Of a DNA stretch of 32,000 nt, positions 31,404 to 32,000 are shown in pieces (the first letter of the stretch is position 1; every line of letters begins with the position of its first letter). A program made the position numbers and the translations under genes. The notes beneath the pieces are model-generated. The model was not told where the DNA came from. It saw nothing but the letters and a program-made list of their open reading frames with translations, and searched no databases. The stretch is from Synechocystis sp. PCC 6803 substr. PCC-P. GTDB taxonomy: Bacteria > Cyanobacteriota > Cyanobacteriia > Cyanobacteriales > Microcystaceae. The DNA lies in assembly GCF_000284455.1 (NCBI RefSeq), contig NC_017039.1:2460001-2492000 (forward strand). The letters are read 5' to 3'.

Positions 31404-31979
31404 CTAAATTTTTAGCCAATCAAAAACTTCGGCGGCGGTAATGGACCAATTTTCAAGCTCAGCAAAAACCGTTAGGGATTCTTGAATTTCAGTTTCAGCT
31501 AAATAAACCTGGGGTAAACTGGCGGTGAAAACCGTAATGGATTTGGCCATGGGATCCACTAACCAAGCTAATTCTGTGCCAGCCTTGAGAGAAAAAATGA
31601 TTTTTTCCATTACCAGGGTGACCGACTGATCTGGGGAAAGAATTTCTATGAGCCAATCCGGGGCCCGATCAAACCGGTCTGCTATTTCGCCACCATTATC
31701 TAAAGGCAAGTTTTGCCAGCGCATCACCGCAATGTCAGGCACAATGGAGCGATCGCCAAAGGTACAACGAAGTTCCGGCAGAGCATAGGCAATTTTGTCC
31801 GGCTTCACTTGGGCATTAATAGCGGCCGCTAGCTCAAATTGGATTGTGCTGTGTTTACCTTTGGGCATGGGTTTCTGGGTGACAATGCCCCGGCAATATT
31901 CCTGGGCAGGTTTGGTTTCCGGTAGGGCCAAGAATGATTCCAGGGAAAGGGTTGGTACTTTTGCTGAGGCTAAAACCAT
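31404..31979 (-). CDS. Uma2-family (DUF820) putative endonuclease fold protein
   Basis: 191-aa ORF with EYCRGIVTQKPMPKGKHSTIQFELAAAINAQV, IVPDIAVMRWQNLP, APDWLIEILSPDQSVTLVMEKIIFSLKAGTELAWLVDPMAKSITVF. Confidence 0.9.
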   Translation of the reverse strand: MVLASAKVPTLSLESFLALPETKPAQEYCRGIVTQKPMPKGKHSTIQFELAAAINAQVKPDKIAYALPELRCTFGDRSIVPDIAVMRWQNLPLDNGGEIADRFDRAPDWLIEILSPDQSVTLVMEKIIFSLKAGTELAWLVDPMAKSITVFTASLPQVYLAETEIQESLTVFAELENWSITAAEVFDWLKI

Positions 31980-32000
31980 CTACTTCACTCCCCAGAGGAT

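Noticed and set aside
1-32000. CRISPR array, retron, toxin-antitoxin or other defence system
   Set aside because: No regularly spaced repeats, reverse transcriptase, or defence-type gene pair was seen. The Uma2-family ORF at the right edge is a common cyanobacterial family and is not sufficient evidence of a defence system.

Overview
The window is a cyanobacterial chromosomal region. From memory of protein identities and gene order it looks like Synechocystis sp. PCC 6803 or a close substrain; I ran no database search. Most of it is well-described core metabolism and photosynthesis genes: a YgiC-like ATP-grasp protein with a YgiB-like (DUF1190) lipoprotein, a flavin-reductase-domain protein, an SbcD-like nuclease, clpC, dxr, class II fructose-bisphosphate aldolase, hemL, mltA, a Sua5/YciO/YrdC-family protein (slr0006-like), a sugar-phosphate nucleotidyltransferase, ctpA, the rbcL-rbcX-rbcS cluster, a DUF4330-like protein, an MgtC-family protein, lpxB, petF, an RDD-family protein, murA, fumC, tRNA-Gly(CCC), a large usher-like outer-membrane protein, a small secreted protein and a Uma2-family protein. 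Mobile-DNA traces are: (a) a complete IS5-like element at 20551-21421 with matching termini and a TAA duplication, (b) a 125-bp MITE-like element at 11293-11417 with related termini and a TGA duplication, and (c) a truncated second transposase at about 27300-27755 abutting a decayed gene fragment with a 'FEDIVGGGDLDYNDVILEF' motif. I found no convincing new multi-gene defence or RNA system. The best leads are the cyanobacterial ygiB/ygiC-like coupled pair, the IS5-related MITE, the DUF4114-like gene scar, the solitary usher-like protein, and a hairpin immediately upstream of the transposase start.
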